From assembly GCA_040386535.1 (NCBI GenBank), contig JAZKFH010000042.1, positions 64,001-128,000 on the forward strand: a stretch of DNA of 64,000 nt, in the 5' to 3' direction. Made by a program: the position numbers and the translations under genes. Each line of letters begins with the position of its first letter. The stretch's first letter is position 1. This DNA is from Myxococcota bacterium (GTDB lineage: Bacteria; Myxococcota_A; UBA796; SXON01). Of this stretch, positions 23,489 to 33,739 are shown in pieces. The notes under the pieces are model-generated. The model did not search any database. It had not been told where the DNA came from and saw only the letters and a list, made by a program, of their open reading frames with translations.

Positions 23489-24655
23489 GTGCGCGCCACC
23501 GACTGCCCCATCCTGTACGTAGACGACGAGTCTCCCAACATCGTCGTTTTCGAATCCACCTTCGGCGAGGAGTTCGAGATCGTCTGCGCGAGCTCCGGAG
23601 AGCAGGCGTTGGAGCTGCTCGATCGCCTCCCCATCGCCGTGCTGCTGGCCGACCAGCGGATGCCCGGCATGTCGGGGATCGACCTCTGCGAGCGTGTGCG
23701 CGAATGGCACCCGGGCGTGGTGCGGATCCTCGTCACGGCGTACTCCGACCAGCGTACCGCCATCGACGCGATCAATCGCGGCGGTCTCCACCGATACCTG
23801 ACAAAGCCGTGGGACGTGTGGGAGGTTCGGCAGATCCTCGCCGAGGCCGTCACCCGCGTGCAGCTCGAGCGGACCGTCAACGCCTTGCGCGCCACCATCG
23901 CCGAGCGCAATCGCATGGTGACGCTCGGGTTCATCCGGGCGCGCATCCTCTACGACCTCGCGAATGTCACGACCACGTTGCTCATGACCAGCTCCAACCT
24001 GGAGCACGACATCAAGATCGCGTCGACCTTCCTGCCTCCCGACGTCCGGGCGAACGTCGAGCAGGAGATGGGCGAGCTGCGGCGCGCCCTCGGCTACCTG
24101 GTCGAGCTGCACGACAAGACGCGCACGATCCTCACGCGGCCGGTGCCGGCCGAACACGACGTAGGCACGATCGTGAAGGACGCGATCGAGCTCATCCGCC
24201 CTGAGGTCGGGCGGGTGGCCCGCTTCCACACCGCGGTCGCCCCGGACCTCGTGACCTGGGTGGACCGCACGGATGTCATTCGGATCCTCTTGAACTTGTT
24301 CCAGAACGCGCGGCGGGCGATCGAGTCGGCCAGCGCGGTCTCGGGGAGCGCGGTCTTGCCCGGCGAGCCCCCCGAGGGCGAGATCCACGTCGAGGCTTCG
24401 CGCGAGGGCGGCATGGTGCGGATCACCGTGTCGGACAGCGGCGTCGGCATCCCCGCCGACCAGCACGAGCGGGTGTTCCGCCCCGAGATCTCGCTGCAGG
24501 CCCGCTCCCTCGGCACCGGCCTCGGCCTGCCCATCTGCCGGGAGCTCGCGCGCGCAAACCGCGGGGACGTCGTGCTCCAACCGTCGGGGCCCCTCCCGGG
24601 CGCCTCGTTCTGCCTCCTCCTCCCTTGTCACGCCCCCGAGGTGAACGATGCCTGA
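23489..24655 (+). CDS. REC-HisKA-HATPase hybrid protein lacking the phospho-His
   Basis: REC: VDDE, DQRMPG, TAY, KPW. H-box reads ILYDLAN. N/G boxes NLFQNA, DSGVGI, GTGLGL. Confidence 0.85.
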   Translation: MRATDCPILYVDDESPNIVVFESTFGEEFEIVCASSGEQALELLDRLPIAVLLADQRMPGMSGIDLCERVREWHPGVVRILVTAYSDQRTAIDAINRGGLHRYLTKPWDVWEVRQILAEAVTRVQLERTVNALRATIAERNRMVTLGFIRARILYDLANVTTTLLMTSSNLEHDIKIASTFLPPDVRANVEQEMGELRRALGYLVELHDKTRTILTRPVPAEHDVGTIVKDAIELIRPEVGRVARFHTAVAPDLVTWVDRTDVIRILLNLFQNARRAIESASAVSGSAVLPGEPPEGEIHVEASREGGMVRITVSDSGVGIPADQHERVFRPEISLQARSLGTGLGLPICRELARANRGDVVLQPSGPLPGASFCLLLPCHAPEVNDA

Positions 24656-26525
24656 ACGCCCCCACGGCCGCCCCCTTCCCGGCTTCTGGTCCAACGCCTC
24701 CGCGCCTTCCGATGCCGCGGCGCCCGCCGCCGAACGTGTGGTGCGTGGGGTCGCCACCGACGACACGGTGCTCCCGGCGCGGGACGCCCCGTCGCAGAGC
24801 ATCGGCGGGATCCTGCAGGCGCTCCTCGCACAGGGGCTCTCCGAGTCGACCCCGCCCGAGCCGCCCGCCACCGAGCCCATCACCGACATGGCGCGCATCG
24901 AGGCGCGCATCCGTGCCCTCGCGGCGCAGGAGTCCCCGGCGCTCGTCCGCACGGCCACCGGCGTGGTGCGTGGCCACCTCGTCGCGGCGGTGTCCGACGG
25001 GCCGTTCCCGCTCCAGTTCCGGTCCATGACGGCCATCCCGGACGCGCCGTTCGACCTCGAGCTCCAGGGCTACAACTCGGTCTACCGTCTGGGCGTCACG
25101 CGGCTGGTCCGCATCGGTGACGCGGTCGCCGTGCCGCTCCCGACCCGCCTCGTGCGGATGCAGAACCGGAAGTCGCGCCGCGCGGAGGCGCCCACCGGCT
25201 TTCTCATCAGCTTCACCCACCCGGTGCTCCCCGGGCTCGAGGTGCGGCGGCCCGTGCGTGACCTCTCCCGCAACGGCCTGTCGTTCGAGACCCGCGTCGA
25301 GCAGGACATGCTGTGCGCGGGCCTGCGCCTCCGCGACATCGTGGTGACCACGCCGCTCGGCGGGGTCGTGCACTTCGACGCCGAGGTGCGCATCGTCCAC
25401 CCGCCGCGGGATGGGCGGGGGGCCGCGTGTGGCATCCGGCTGACACCGAGCAGCGAGGCGGACACCGCCCGTTGGAACCAGGTGGTCGGCACCGCGCTGA
25501 ACCCCACGACGCGCCTCGGCGCCACGTGGACCGAGGACACCTGGGACCTCTACACCGCCTCGGGCTACTTCAGCCTGTCCGGCAAGGCGCAGGCACATTT
25601 CGGCACCTTGAAGGCGCCCTTCGCCACCGTTACACGCAAGGTCGACGCCGCCCCGCAGGTTGGTTGCCAGGTGGTGTGGCCCTCCGAACGTGGCATCGAG
25701 GCGTCGCTGTCGCTGCTCAAGATCTACGAACACACCTGGTTCGGCTTCCAAATGGCGAAGCTCCAGGGCGCGCCGCCCGACGGCCACACCGGGCGCCAGG
25801 TGCTGCGCGACATCCATCTCCGGGCCTACGAGCACGCGCAGGCCGATCCCAAGCTCCGTTGGACCACCGCGCTCGTCCAGGCCTCGGCCAAGTGGAGCAA
25901 GCTCGTCCACTACGACCTGCCCGAGCGCTACGTCGACAGTGGGCTCGCCGCGGTGGTCGACTTTCACGCGCTCGAGCTCGACGTGCCCCTGCGCGCCGCG
26001 CTCCCCGATCCCAACGTCGGGCTCGCGACCGAGTCCGAGCGTGACGCGCTGCTCGAGGCCCTCATCCCGCGGCGGCCGTGGGTGTACCGCGAGGCGCTGG
26101 ACCTGGTCCCCGAGCGGTTCGACCTGCACGGGCTCCGCGCGGAGTGGAAGCGGGCCGGGCTCACACGCGAGCGCGAGCTGCTGGTGGTCCGGCGGGGTGG
26201 CAAGATGATCGCTGCGGCGACGGTCGAGTCCGCCGACCTCGGGCTCCACCTGTTCAACCTGCTCGACGTGACCCGGCTCTACGCCGTCTCCGTCGATGGA
26301 ATCCAGGCGTTCCCGGCGCTCCTCGACGCGGCGGCCGCCTGGTACCGCGCGCGTGGCCGGAGCGCGTTCACGTGCCTGCTCGAAGAGGGCTCCCCCGCCT
26401 GTGCCTCGCGATTCTCCACGCGGGACCTTGGAGCTGGGGCTCTTACCGTCCTCTCTACGGATCTGCTTCCCAGCTTCCTCGAACATGTTTCAGAGGTTAC
26501 GGCGCCCAGGCTGTCACGGGACTGA
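24648..26525 (+). CDS. PilZ-domain protein with putative C-terminal GNAT-like region
   Basis: PilZ motifs RxxxR (RKSRR) and DxSxxG (DLSRNG). The C-terminal fold is inferred. Confidence 0.65.
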   Translation: MPERPHGRPLPGFWSNASAPSDAAAPAAERVVRGVATDDTVLPARDAPSQSIGGILQALLAQGLSESTPPEPPATEPITDMARIEARIRALAAQESPALVRTATGVVRGHLVAAVSDGPFPLQFRSMTAIPDAPFDLELQGYNSVYRLGVTRLVRIGDAVAVPLPTRLVRMQNRKSRRAEAPTGFLISFTHPVLPGLEVRRPVRDLSRNGLSFETRVEQDMLCAGLRLRDIVVTTPLGGVVHFDAEVRIVHPPRDGRGAACGIRLTPSSEADTARWNQVVGTALNPTTRLGATWTEDTWDLYTASGYFSLSGKAQAHFGTLKAPFATVTRKVDAAPQVGCQVVWPSERGIEASLSLLKIYEHTWFGFQMAKLQGAPPDGHTGRQVLRDIHLRAYEHAQADPKLRWTTALVQASAKWSKLVHYDLPERYVDSGLAAVVDFHALELDVPLRAALPDPNVGLATESERDALLEALIPRRPWVYREALDLVPERFDLHGLRAEWKRAGLTRERELLVVRRGGKMIAAATVESADLGLHLFNLLDVTRLYAVSVDGIQAFPALLDAAAAWYRARGRSAFTCLLEEGSPACASRFSTRDLGAGALTVLSTDLLPSFLEHVSEVTAPRLSRD

Positions 26526-26529
26526 CTTC

Positions 26530-29500
26530 GTGGATCCGTCGATTCCAAGGCGCCGGGATGTGAGCTGCCTCTCGCTCACGTTCTTCTACGACTACCTCGA
26601 GTCCCACGGGCTTTCCCGCACGGTTCTCCAGGAAGGGCTTCCCTATGCGCCCAGCTGGCTCGACGATCGGCTCAATTGGATCGACTTCGACACGTTCCTG
26701 GTCATGGAGGGGCGTGTCGCGCGCCTCTTCCCGGGCGTGCCCGACCTGTTCTACGACATCGGGCTCACCTTCGCCGCCACCAAGGGGCTGGGCTTCATCC
26801 GCGTCGTGATGCGCGGGCTCTTCTCACCCTACCAGATGTACGCGCGCTTTCCGACGCTCGTCGAGCGTTTCCTCTTCCCGTTCGTCAAGATCGACGTTGA
26901 ACAGGTCGACCCCTCCGCCATCCGCGCACACTACCACTTCTCGCCGGAGATCACCCCGAGCGACGCCTTCCTGGACACCGTGCGCGGGATCCTCGCGGGC
27001 GTGCCGCCGATGATGGGCGCGCCGCCCGCGCGGGTGCGGATGACCCGGCACAGCCCGCACGAGGTGGTGTTCGACATCGCCATCACCAAGTGGGTCACCG
27101 TCGGCGAGCGGCTGCGTGGCATGTGGGGCAGCGTCGCGACGGTCCCCCGGATGCGGCTCCAGAACCTGTCCGACGCCGCGACCGAGCTGGAAGACGCGAA
27201 CCGGCTCCTGCAGGAGAAGGTGACCGCGCTCACGGAGGCCAAGACCCAGCTCGACCGGAAGGTGCGGGACCTCACCGTGCTCAACGCGCTGGCGCGGGCG
27301 ACCACGAGCGAGCTCGACGCGCGCAGCATGCTCCGCCGCGCGGCCTCCACCATCTCGGAGGGCCTCGGCAAGGTGCCCGTCGCGATCCTGCTGGTGGACG
27401 GTGAGCCCGGCGGCCTGGTCGTCGCGGCCTCGCGGAGCGTCCCCCAGCCCGAGCTGGTAGAGCTGGGCGCCCTCGCGCAGGCCGACTCCCCGGGCACCGT
27501 GCGGGTGTCCCGCGCGCCGACCCGGCTGCGCCTCGCGGGGCGGTCGTGGTGGGCCAACCCGATGCGGAGCCCCGAGCGCCTCGTGGGGGCGATGCTCGTC
27601 GGGGTCGACGAGGCCGACGTCGACCCCGCGCTGCTCGAGTCGATGGCGAGCCAGCTCGCGATCTCCGTGGAGAACGCGGTGTCCTACCGGGTCATCGCCG
27701 ATCTGCGCGACACCCTCGAGGTGCGTGTACGCGAGCGCACGGCGGAGCTGGAGGAGGCCCGCACGTCGCTCGAGGACACGGTCACCCGGCTCGAGCAGGT
27801 GGATCAGGCCAAGGACCTGTTCTTCACCAACGTGAGCCACGATTTTCTCACGCCGCTCACCCTCATCCTCGCGCCGCTGGAGGATCTCGAGGTCGAGCTC
27901 GCCGCGGGCCGCCTCGGGGACGTTCAGGCCACCGTGATCGCCGCGCGCCAGAACGCGTCGGCGCTGCTCCAGATGGTCGGCGAGCTCCTCGACATCGCCA
28001 AGCTCGACGCGGGCAAGCTGCCGATCGTCCGGGTCGAGCTCGAGCTCTGCGCGCTGGTGCAGGACGTGGTCGACACGTTGCGGCCGTTGGGCGATCGCAA
28101 GAGCGTCCAGCTGTCGGCCGAGCTGTGCGAGGGCTCGGTCAGCGTCTCGGCCGACCCCGCGTTGCTCCGCCGGGTGCTCGTCAACCTCGTCGGCAACGCC
28201 ATCAAGTACGTGAACTTCCGCGATCGGGTGGTGGTCCGGGTGCGCGTCGAGGGGGACCAGGCGGTCCTCGAGGTCGACGACAACGGCCCAGGCATCGCCC
28301 CCGAGGACCAGGCCCGCGTCTTCGAGCGGTTCACGCGCGGGCGCGGCGGCGGCGCCGTCGAGGGCTCCGGGATCGGGCTCGCGATGGCCCGGGACCTGGT
28401 GCGGGCGCACGACGGTGTGGTGGAGCTGGAGAGCCGGCCGGGACACGGAGCCTGCTTTCGCGTTCGCCTCCCGCTCGACGGCAGCGCCCCCCGGGTGGTC
28501 CCTCTCCGGGAGGGAGTGCGCTCGCCCCCCTTCGTGGCCGACTCCGTGAACCTCGACCATGACGTGCCGACCCTGCTCGCCATCGACGGGGGCGCCGGCA
28601 CGCCGATCCGCTCGCGGACGCAGGTGCTCGTGGTCGAGGACAACGAGGAGATGCGGGCGTTCCTGGTCCGCATCCTCTCCCGCGAGCACCACGTCCAGGC
28701 GGTGGCGGATGCGCGCGAAGCACAGGCCATCATCGCGCGGGACATGCCGGACGTGGTGGTGTCCGACGTGATGATGGCGCACATGGACGGCCTGGAGCTC
28801 TGCCGCAGGCTCAAGGGCACCGTGGCGACCAGCGCCATCCCGATCCTGCTCGTCTCGGCCCGTCACGGCTCGGCGGCCGTGTTGCAGGCGTTCTCGGTGG
28901 GCGCGGACGACTACATCACCAAGCCCTTCTCTCCGCCCGAGCTGCTCGCGCGCGTGAACGCGCAGATCCGCATCCGGTTGCTGGCGACCACGCTCCTGCG
29001 GATGGAGAAGCAGTATTCGCTGGGGGTGCTCTCCTCGGGCATCGCCCACGAGATGCTCAACCCCGTCAACGCCGTGATCAACGCCGTGTCGCCGCTGCGG
29101 CGCTCGTTCGAGCGGTTGGGCGCCAGCGCCATGAACCGCGACTCCCGCCAGGCCGAGGCCCTGATCGAGGCGATCGAGGTGTCCGGGCACCGCATGCACA
29201 GCGTCGTGAAGGGCATCCTCGCGTACACCCGCCAGGAGCAGACCCCGCGGGCGCAGTCGGGGCGCCTGTCCGAAGAGATCGACGCGATCCTGACCATCCT
29301 GGAGTACCGCACGCTCGGCGTCACCATCCATCGCCATTACGACTGGGACGAGCCCGTGCTGCACTACCCGGAGTGGATCGACCAGGTGGTGATGAACCTC
29401 CTCTCGAACGCGCTGGACGCGATGGGAGGCGGCGGAGAGGTGTGGATCCACACCGAGCGCGTGGGGGACACCGTGTGTATTCGCGTACGCGACACCGGCC

Positions 29501-29712
29501 CGGGTGTCCCACCCGAGCTGCGCGAGCGGATCTTCACCCCGTTCTTCACCACCAAGCCGCCGGGCAAGGGCACGGGGCTCGGGCTCGCCGTGGCGCGCGA
29601 AATCGTCGCCATGCACCGCGGCAAGCTGGAGCTCGATCATACCGTGCACACCGGGGCCGAGTTCGTGGTGACCCTGCCGCTCGAGCAGCCCCCGATGGCG
29701 CTGGAGGCGTAG
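26530..29712 (+). CDS. Cytoplasmic double hybrid histidine kinase (sensor-GAF-HisKA-HATPase-REC-HisKA-HATPase)
   Basis: H-boxes NVSHDF and [24 protein letters not shown]. Two HATPase G-boxes. GTG 4 nt after the upstream stop. Confidence 0.9.
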   Translation: MDPSIPRRRDVSCLSLTFFYDYLESHGLSRTVLQEGLPYAPSWLDDRLNWIDFDTFLVMEGRVARLFPGVPDLFYDIGLTFAATKGLGFIRVVMRGLFSPYQMYARFPTLVERFLFPFVKIDVEQVDPSAIRAHYHFSPEITPSDAFLDTVRGILAGVPPMMGAPPARVRMTRHSPHEVVFDIAITKWVTVGERLRGMWGSVATVPRMRLQNLSDAATELEDANRLLQEKVTALTEAKTQLDRKVRDLTVLNALARATTSELDARSMLRRAASTISEGLGKVPVAILLVDGEPGGLVVAASRSVPQPELVELGALAQADSPGTVRVSRAPTRLRLAGRSWWANPMRSPERLVGAMLVGVDEADVDPALLESMASQLAISVENAVSYRVIADLRDTLEVRVRERTAELEEARTSLEDTVTRLEQVDQAKDLFFTNVSHDFLTPLTLILAPLEDLEVELAAGRLGDVQATVIAARQNASALLQMVGELLDIAKLDAGKLPIVRVELELCALVQDVVDTLRPLGDRKSVQLSAELCEGSVSVSADPALLRRVLVNLVGNAIKYVNFRDRVVVRVRVEGDQAVLEVDDNGPGIAPEDQARVFERFTRGRGGGAVEGSGIGLAMARDLVRAHDGVVELESRPGHGACFRVRLPLDGSAPRVVPLREGVRSPPFVADSVNLDHDVPTLLAIDGGAGTPIRSRTQVLVVEDNEEMRAFLVRILSREHHVQAVADAREAQAIIARDMPDVVVSDVMMAHMDGLELCRRLKGTVATSAIPILLVSARHGSAAVLQAFSVGADDYITKPFSPPELLARVNAQIRIRLLATTLLRMEKQYSLGVLSSGIAHEMLNPVNAVINAVSPLRRSFERLGASAMNRDSRQAEALIEAIEVSGHRMHSVVKGILAYTRQEQTPRAQSGRLSEEIDAILTILEYRTLGVTIHRHYDWDEPVLHYPEWIDQVVMNLLSNALDAMGGGGEVWIHTERVGDTVCIRVRDTGPGVPPELRERIFTPFFTTKPPGKGTGLGLAVAREIVAMHRGKLELDHTVHTGAEFVVTLPLEQPPMALEA

Positions 29713-29713
29713 C

Positions 29714-31690
29714 GTGTCGATCGTCCTGTTCCTCCTCGCCGCCTGTTCGGACAAGCCCGCCCCCGTGGACTCGGGCACCGCGCCCGTGGAGGAGCGCTTC
29801 AGCTTCACGACGGACGAGCACCTTCCCCTCCCCTTCGTGACGGCGGGGGATCCGGCGCCGTCCCTGGAGTTCACCCTCACGTCCACCGGTGGGCGTGACG
29901 CCGAGACGGACCTCGGTGCCGTGGTCCTGGGCGCCTTCGAGCTCGTGGGCGACATGGGTCCGCTCGGGGCGGGAGAGGCCCGGCGATACACCGTGCGATA
30001 CACCGGTGACACATCCGATCCTGTCATCGCGACGGGCGCGTTGTACCTGGAGATCGAGGAGCAGACCGCAGAGGTCTCGCTCTCCGCCGTGGTGGGCCAC
30101 CCCGACCTGCCCGAAGCGAACTGGACCAGCGACAGCTGGGGCGCCCAGACCACCATTGCGCTGCCCTCCGCCCCGTTCCCGTTCGAGGGCTCGGTCTACG
30201 ACGATGCCTCGGTGCTGGTCTTCGTCCCCGACGGCCTCGCCGACCGCGGCCAGCTCGGCGTCGTGACCCACCTGCACGGGCACGGCGCCGTCCTCGCCGA
30301 CGTCGTCCGGGTCCAACACCTGCGCGAGCAACACGCGCTCTCCGGTCGCGACGCGGTGTTGATCGTGCCCCAGGGCCCCGTCGACGCCGCCGACGGCGAC
30401 TTCGGCCGCCTCGCCGAGCCGGGCGGCTACGCCGATCTCGTCCGGGACAGCGTCTCCATCCTGTATCGGGACGGCCGCATCACCCGCCCGGAGACCGCCG
30501 CCCACGTGCTCACCGCCCACTCGGGCGGGTACCTCGCCACCGCGGCCATCGTAGACGCGGGCGGGCTCCCCGTCCACGGCGTCCACCTGTTCGACGCCCT
30601 GTACGGCGAGAGCGCCACCTTCCAGGCCTTCGCGGAGGCGGGCGGCGTCCTGCGCTCCAGCTACACCGAGACCGGCGGCACCGGCGACCTGAACCAGGCC
30701 CTCCGCGAGGACCTCCTCGACGCCGGCGTCGACATCGGCACCTTCACCGATACATCGCTCCACGATCGCGCCGTGAGCATCGCCTTCGTGGACGCGACAC
30801 ATTCCGAATGTGTCACCGACGAGCGCGCGTTCGCCCGGCTCCTCGACGCGAGCGGCCTCCCCCATCGCCCCACCGCGCCGCCTGAACTTCTCTCCGTCCT
30901 GTCCGACGGCGCCGACGCCGTGGTCACCTGGCGCGCCGACGCGGGCGGCGAAGCGTTGCGCTACCGCGTCGAGGGATCCGACAACGCGAGCCGGTGGAGC
31001 CTGCTCACCGACACGAGTGAGACCACCGCGACCGTCCCCGCCACCGCGTGGGTCCGCGTCCGCACCAGCGATCTGCGCTACGGCGACTCAGAGGCGTCCG
31101 ACACCTACGGCGGCACCGGCGCCGACTGGCTCGTGGTCGACGCCTTCGATCGTGTGCTCGACGGCAGCTGGACCAGCCCCACCCACGTGTTCGCCGCCAC
31201 CGTCGGGAACGCGCTCGGCGCCTACTCCGTCGCCACGAACGAGGCCGTCGCCTCCGGCGCGGTCCGCCTCTCGGACTACCCCCGCGTCCTCTGGCTCCTG
31301 GGCGACGAGGGCACCGCCGATCGCACCTTCGACCCCACCGAGCGCGCCGCCATCACCGCGTACGTCGACGCGGGCGGCACCTTCGTCGCGAGCGGCGCCG
31401 AGGTCGGCTACGCCACCGACGCGGAGTGGCTCGCCGAGACCCTCCACGCCGAGCTCGTCTCCGACGACGCCGACACCTCGGTCGTGGGGAGCTGGACCGT
31501 CGGCGCGGCCTACCCCGAAGACTATCCAGATGTTCTCGACGGCGAGACCGTGCTCTGGTCGTGGAGCACCGGTGGCGCCGCCGCGGTGGGCTGGGATCAG
31601 CGCGTGGTCGTGATCGGCTTCGGCCTGGAGAACCTCTCCCGCGCCCACCTCGCCGCCGCGGTCGCCGACCTGGATGCCTGGCTCGAGTGA
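29714..31690 (+). CDS. Multidomain lipoprotein with alpha/beta-hydrolase-like and FN3-like domains
   Basis: Lipobox LAAC, HLHGH, nucleophile-elbow-like TAHSGGY, LFDALYG. Confidence 0.6.
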   Translation: MSIVLFLLAACSDKPAPVDSGTAPVEERFSFTTDEHLPLPFVTAGDPAPSLEFTLTSTGGRDAETDLGAVVLGAFELVGDMGPLGAGEARRYTVRYTGDTSDPVIATGALYLEIEEQTAEVSLSAVVGHPDLPEANWTSDSWGAQTTIALPSAPFPFEGSVYDDASVLVFVPDGLADRGQLGVVTHLHGHGAVLADVVRVQHLREQHALSGRDAVLIVPQGPVDAADGDFGRLAEPGGYADLVRDSVSILYRDGRITRPETAAHVLTAHSGGYLATAAIVDAGGLPVHGVHLFDALYGESATFQAFAEAGGVLRSSYTETGGTGDLNQALREDLLDAGVDIGTFTDTSLHDRAVSIAFVDATHSECVTDERAFARLLDASGLPHRPTAPPELLSVLSDGADAVVTWRADAGGEALRYRVEGSDNASRWSLLTDTSETTATVPATAWVRVRTSDLRYGDSEASDTYGGTGADWLVVDAFDRVLDGSWTSPTHVFAATVGNALGAYSVATNEAVASGAVRLSDYPRVLWLLGDEGTADRTFDPTERAAITAYVDAGGTFVASGAEVGYATDAEWLAETLHAELVSDDADTSVVGSWTVGAAYPEDYPDVLDGETVLWSWSTGGAAAVGWDQRVVVIGFGLENLSRAHLAAAVADLDAWLE

Positions 31691-31796
31691 GACGCACCGC
31701 TTGCCGCGCCCGCGGCGTGCCTATGATCGGGTCGTGCTGCCGGACGCGCGGGGGGGCCCATGGGCCTCGGGGGGACTGGGCGCCCGGCAGCACACC

Positions 31797-32582
31797 TCAC
31801 TCCACCGGAGAAGGCTCCTTGCAACAGCGGAATCCCGTACTGTAATCGTGGTAGTCCGTGGTGTGCGCCGACGTCGTGTACCCACACCCCGCCCCGTTGA
31901 TCTCCGCGTCGGCGTAGAAGCCCCCCTTGAACGTGCCGTCCAGGTCTTCCACCCACTCGTGCAGGTTGCCGTGCAGGTCGAAGATCCCCTCCGGCGTGAC
32001 ACATCCGGTGTTGGCTCCGGCGGCCGCGACCGTCCCCGGCTGCTGGTTGATCCCCGCGTCGTTCATGTGCGCCGTGTCCCACACCCCGCTGCTCGTCCCG
32101 AAGTAGTCCACCACCGGGTGTCCCCCGTCGTACGTGTCGTTGCAGGCCTCGGCGTCGTACGTGTCCCCGTAGGGGTACGTCGTCGCCTCCGGCCCCCCGC
32201 ACGCCCGCATCCACTCCCCCACCGAACAGAGCCGCTTCCCCGCCGCCGCACACGCCTCCGCCGCCACGTCCCCGCTGATGTACCCCTGCGGCACCGTCCC
32301 CGCCCTGGACACCGCCACCCCCGCCTCGGGCACCTCGTAGGGCGACCACCATTCCAGCCCCGCCTCCCACCGGTCGACACACGCGGCGCCGGCGAGGGCC
32401 ATCTCGGGCGGGCAGGGCCCCTCGTCCGGCTCTGTATCAGATGTATCAGATGTATCAGATGTATCAGATGTATCAGATGTATCGATGGATGTATCAACCG
32501 CCGAGGTGTCCGTGCCGGCGTGGCGGATCTTGCCGCCTTCGGGCGCCGAACACGCGAGGACGAGCAGCCAGGAGGTCAGCAT
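31797..32582 (-). CDS. FGE-sulfatase/SUMF1-domain lipoprotein
   Basis: CVDRWEA, KRLCSVGEW, FDLHGNLHEW, GFRCC. Confidence 0.85.
   Translation of the reverse strand: MLTSWLLVLACSAPEGGKIRHAGTDTSAVDTSIDTSDTSDTSDTSDTSDTEPDEGPCPPEMALAGAACVDRWEAGLEWWSPYEVPEAGVAVSRAGTVPQGYISGDVAAEACAAAGKRLCSVGEWMRACGGPEATTYPYGDTYDAEACNDTYDGGHPVVDYFGTSSGVWDTAHMNDAGINQQPGTVAAAGANTGCVTPEGIFDLHGNLHEWVEDLDGTFKGGFYADAEINGAGCGYTTSAHTTDYHDYSTGFRCCKEPSPVE
32433..32495. repeat. 9-bp tandem repeat TGTATCAGA x5 plus two further TGTATC (encodes DTS repeats)
   Basis: Perfect units from 32433 to 32477; TGTATC also at 32478 and 32490. Confidence 0.95.
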
Positions 32583-32636
32583 CCGGGGGCCTAACGCGCT
32601 TCCCTGGCGGGGAGAGGTGGGTTAGATGGGCGGGAC

Positions 32637-32713
32637 GCTTCCGTAGCTCAGCTGGATAGAGCAACAGATTTCTACTCTGTGGGTCGCTGGTTCGAATCCA
32701 GCCGGGGGCGCCA
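32637..32713 (+). tRNA. tRNA-Arg(TCT)
   Basis: Acceptor stem GCTTCCG/CGGGGGC, D arm TAGCTCAGCTGGATAGAGC, anticodon stem ACAGA-TT TCT AC-TCTGT, T loop GGTTCGAATCC, encoded CCA. Confidence 0.97.
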
Positions 32714-32729
32714 TTGTTCTGATTGGCGT

Positions 32730-33134
32730 TCACGGCCCGGTAGGACGAAGCCAATCTTCCAAGATCAATCCCGGCAGTCTCTCGTAGTGTCGCCGGTTGC
32801 CCGTGATGATCGTAGCCCCTCGGCTGAGCGCCACGGACCCGATGAACAGGTCGGCGTCCGCGACGATCTGTCCTTGGCTCGCCAGCCTCGCCTTGACCTC
32901 GCCGAACACACGCGCGCTGGCGAGGTCGAGCCCGAGCACGGGGAGAGTGGCCAGGAAGCGCACGACCAGCGCGCTGTTGGCGTCCGGCTTGATCGACTTT
33001 GCGGCCCCGTAGAAGAGCTCGGAAGCCGTCACCCAGGTCGTCGCAACCTCTTCCGTCTCGGCGAGTCTTCGATCGATCACCCCGGTGTACCCGCGGAGCA
33101 GTCCGATGCACGTGTCCGTGTCGAGGACCTTCAC
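32730..33134 (-). CDS. vapC: VapC PIN-domain toxin
   Basis: MKVLDTD, SELFYG, ADLFIGSVA, TGNRRHY; 134 aa. Overlaps the upstream stop (GTGA). Confidence 0.92.
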   Translation of the reverse strand: MKVLDTDTCIGLLRGYTGVIDRRLAETEEVATTWVTASELFYGAAKSIKPDANSALVVRFLATLPVLGLDLASARVFGEVKARLASQGQIVADADLFIGSVALSRGATIITGNRRHYERLPGLILEDWLRPTGP

Positions 33135-33403
33135 AGGGAATCGATGTCGCGACCGACTCTACGGGCCGCATAGATGTCGGTGGTCTCCTCGTCGAGCGTT
33201 CGTTCGCTCGTCCAGCCACCCGCGAGGGCCCGCCAGGCCTCCACCTGCCGCCGCGCACGTTCCGGGGCGGTCTCGAGCGCCCCCAGCCCGCCCTCGATGA
33301 GCACCAGAGCCTCCTGATTCAGGCTCCGACGCTCGCGTGCCGCCGCCGTACGAAGGCGAGCGAGCAGCTCTTCGGGGACATCCTTCAGCGTGATGGACGG
33401 CAC
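33131..33403 (-). CDS. vapB: Arc/FitA-like ribbon-helix-helix antitoxin
   Basis: MPSITLKDVPEEL...LR..A...RRSLNQE. RBS GAGGTG. Coupled to vapC. Confidence 0.85.
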   Translation of the reverse strand: MPSITLKDVPEELLARLRTAAARERRSLNQEALVLIEGGLGALETAPERARRQVEAWRALAGGWTSERTLDEETTDIYAARRVGRDIDSL

Positions 33404-33416
33404 ATGTCACCTCGTC

Positions 33417-33451
33417 GGTTCCATTATGGTTCCCAAACGGAAGTAGGTCAA
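33417..33451 (-). promoter_or_regulatory. vapBC sigma70 promoter with operator
   Basis: TTGACC-N17-CATAAT, with the -10 flanked by the direct repeat GGAACC-ATAAT-GGAACC. Confidence 0.7.
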
Positions 33452-33519
33452 CCCCAGTGTCGACGCTTGGCCACGCATGCCCGGGCAGGGCCCCGGATTG
33501 TAGCCGCGCTCACACGCGA

Positions 33520-33652
33520 TCCCTACCCCGTCGCCTGCCGTTTCAGCACGCCGATCCGCGGAAGCATAGCATCCAACAGCCCCATCTGTGCCCGAACGTC
33601 GCGATCTGGCGCGACACAAAGGGTTCCAATAAGTTCAAGCAAGGGGCGCCAT
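33520..33652. repeat. Conserved cassette arm + att-like core, copy 1
   Basis: Ungapped similarity to 35321-35453. Minus strand reads WRPLLELIGTLCVAPDRDVRAQMGLLDAMLPRIGVLKRQATG*. Confidence 0.9.
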
Positions 33653-33739
33653 ACAGCCCACCGATCGCTTCGCAGCCTCAAAGGTTACTTTTCCGTTCAG
33701 ATCCTCGTGCGGTATCAAGGTTTGCTCATGCGGAGTGTC

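Larger units (their letters stand above)
32715..33652. mobile_element. tRNA-integrated mini-cassette 1 (vapBC, ~0.94 kb, no integrase)
   Basis: Bounded by direct repeats GGGGCGCCAT at 32705-32714 (tRNA 3' end) and 33643-33652. Ends in the conserved ~133-bp arm. Confidence 0.7.

Noticed and set aside
31797..32582. True formylglycine-generating enzyme for the sulfatase at 675
   Set aside because: It is an exported FGE-fold lipoprotein, and the sulfatase-like protein has no Cys to convert.
32063..32659. ORFs with IHL/MYQ/CIR repeats
   Set aside because: They are alternative-frame translations of the 9-bp repeat.
33600..33652. Second tRNA gene
   Set aside because: Only the 3' core and a loose GGTTCCAAT match are present; no cloverleaf can be folded.
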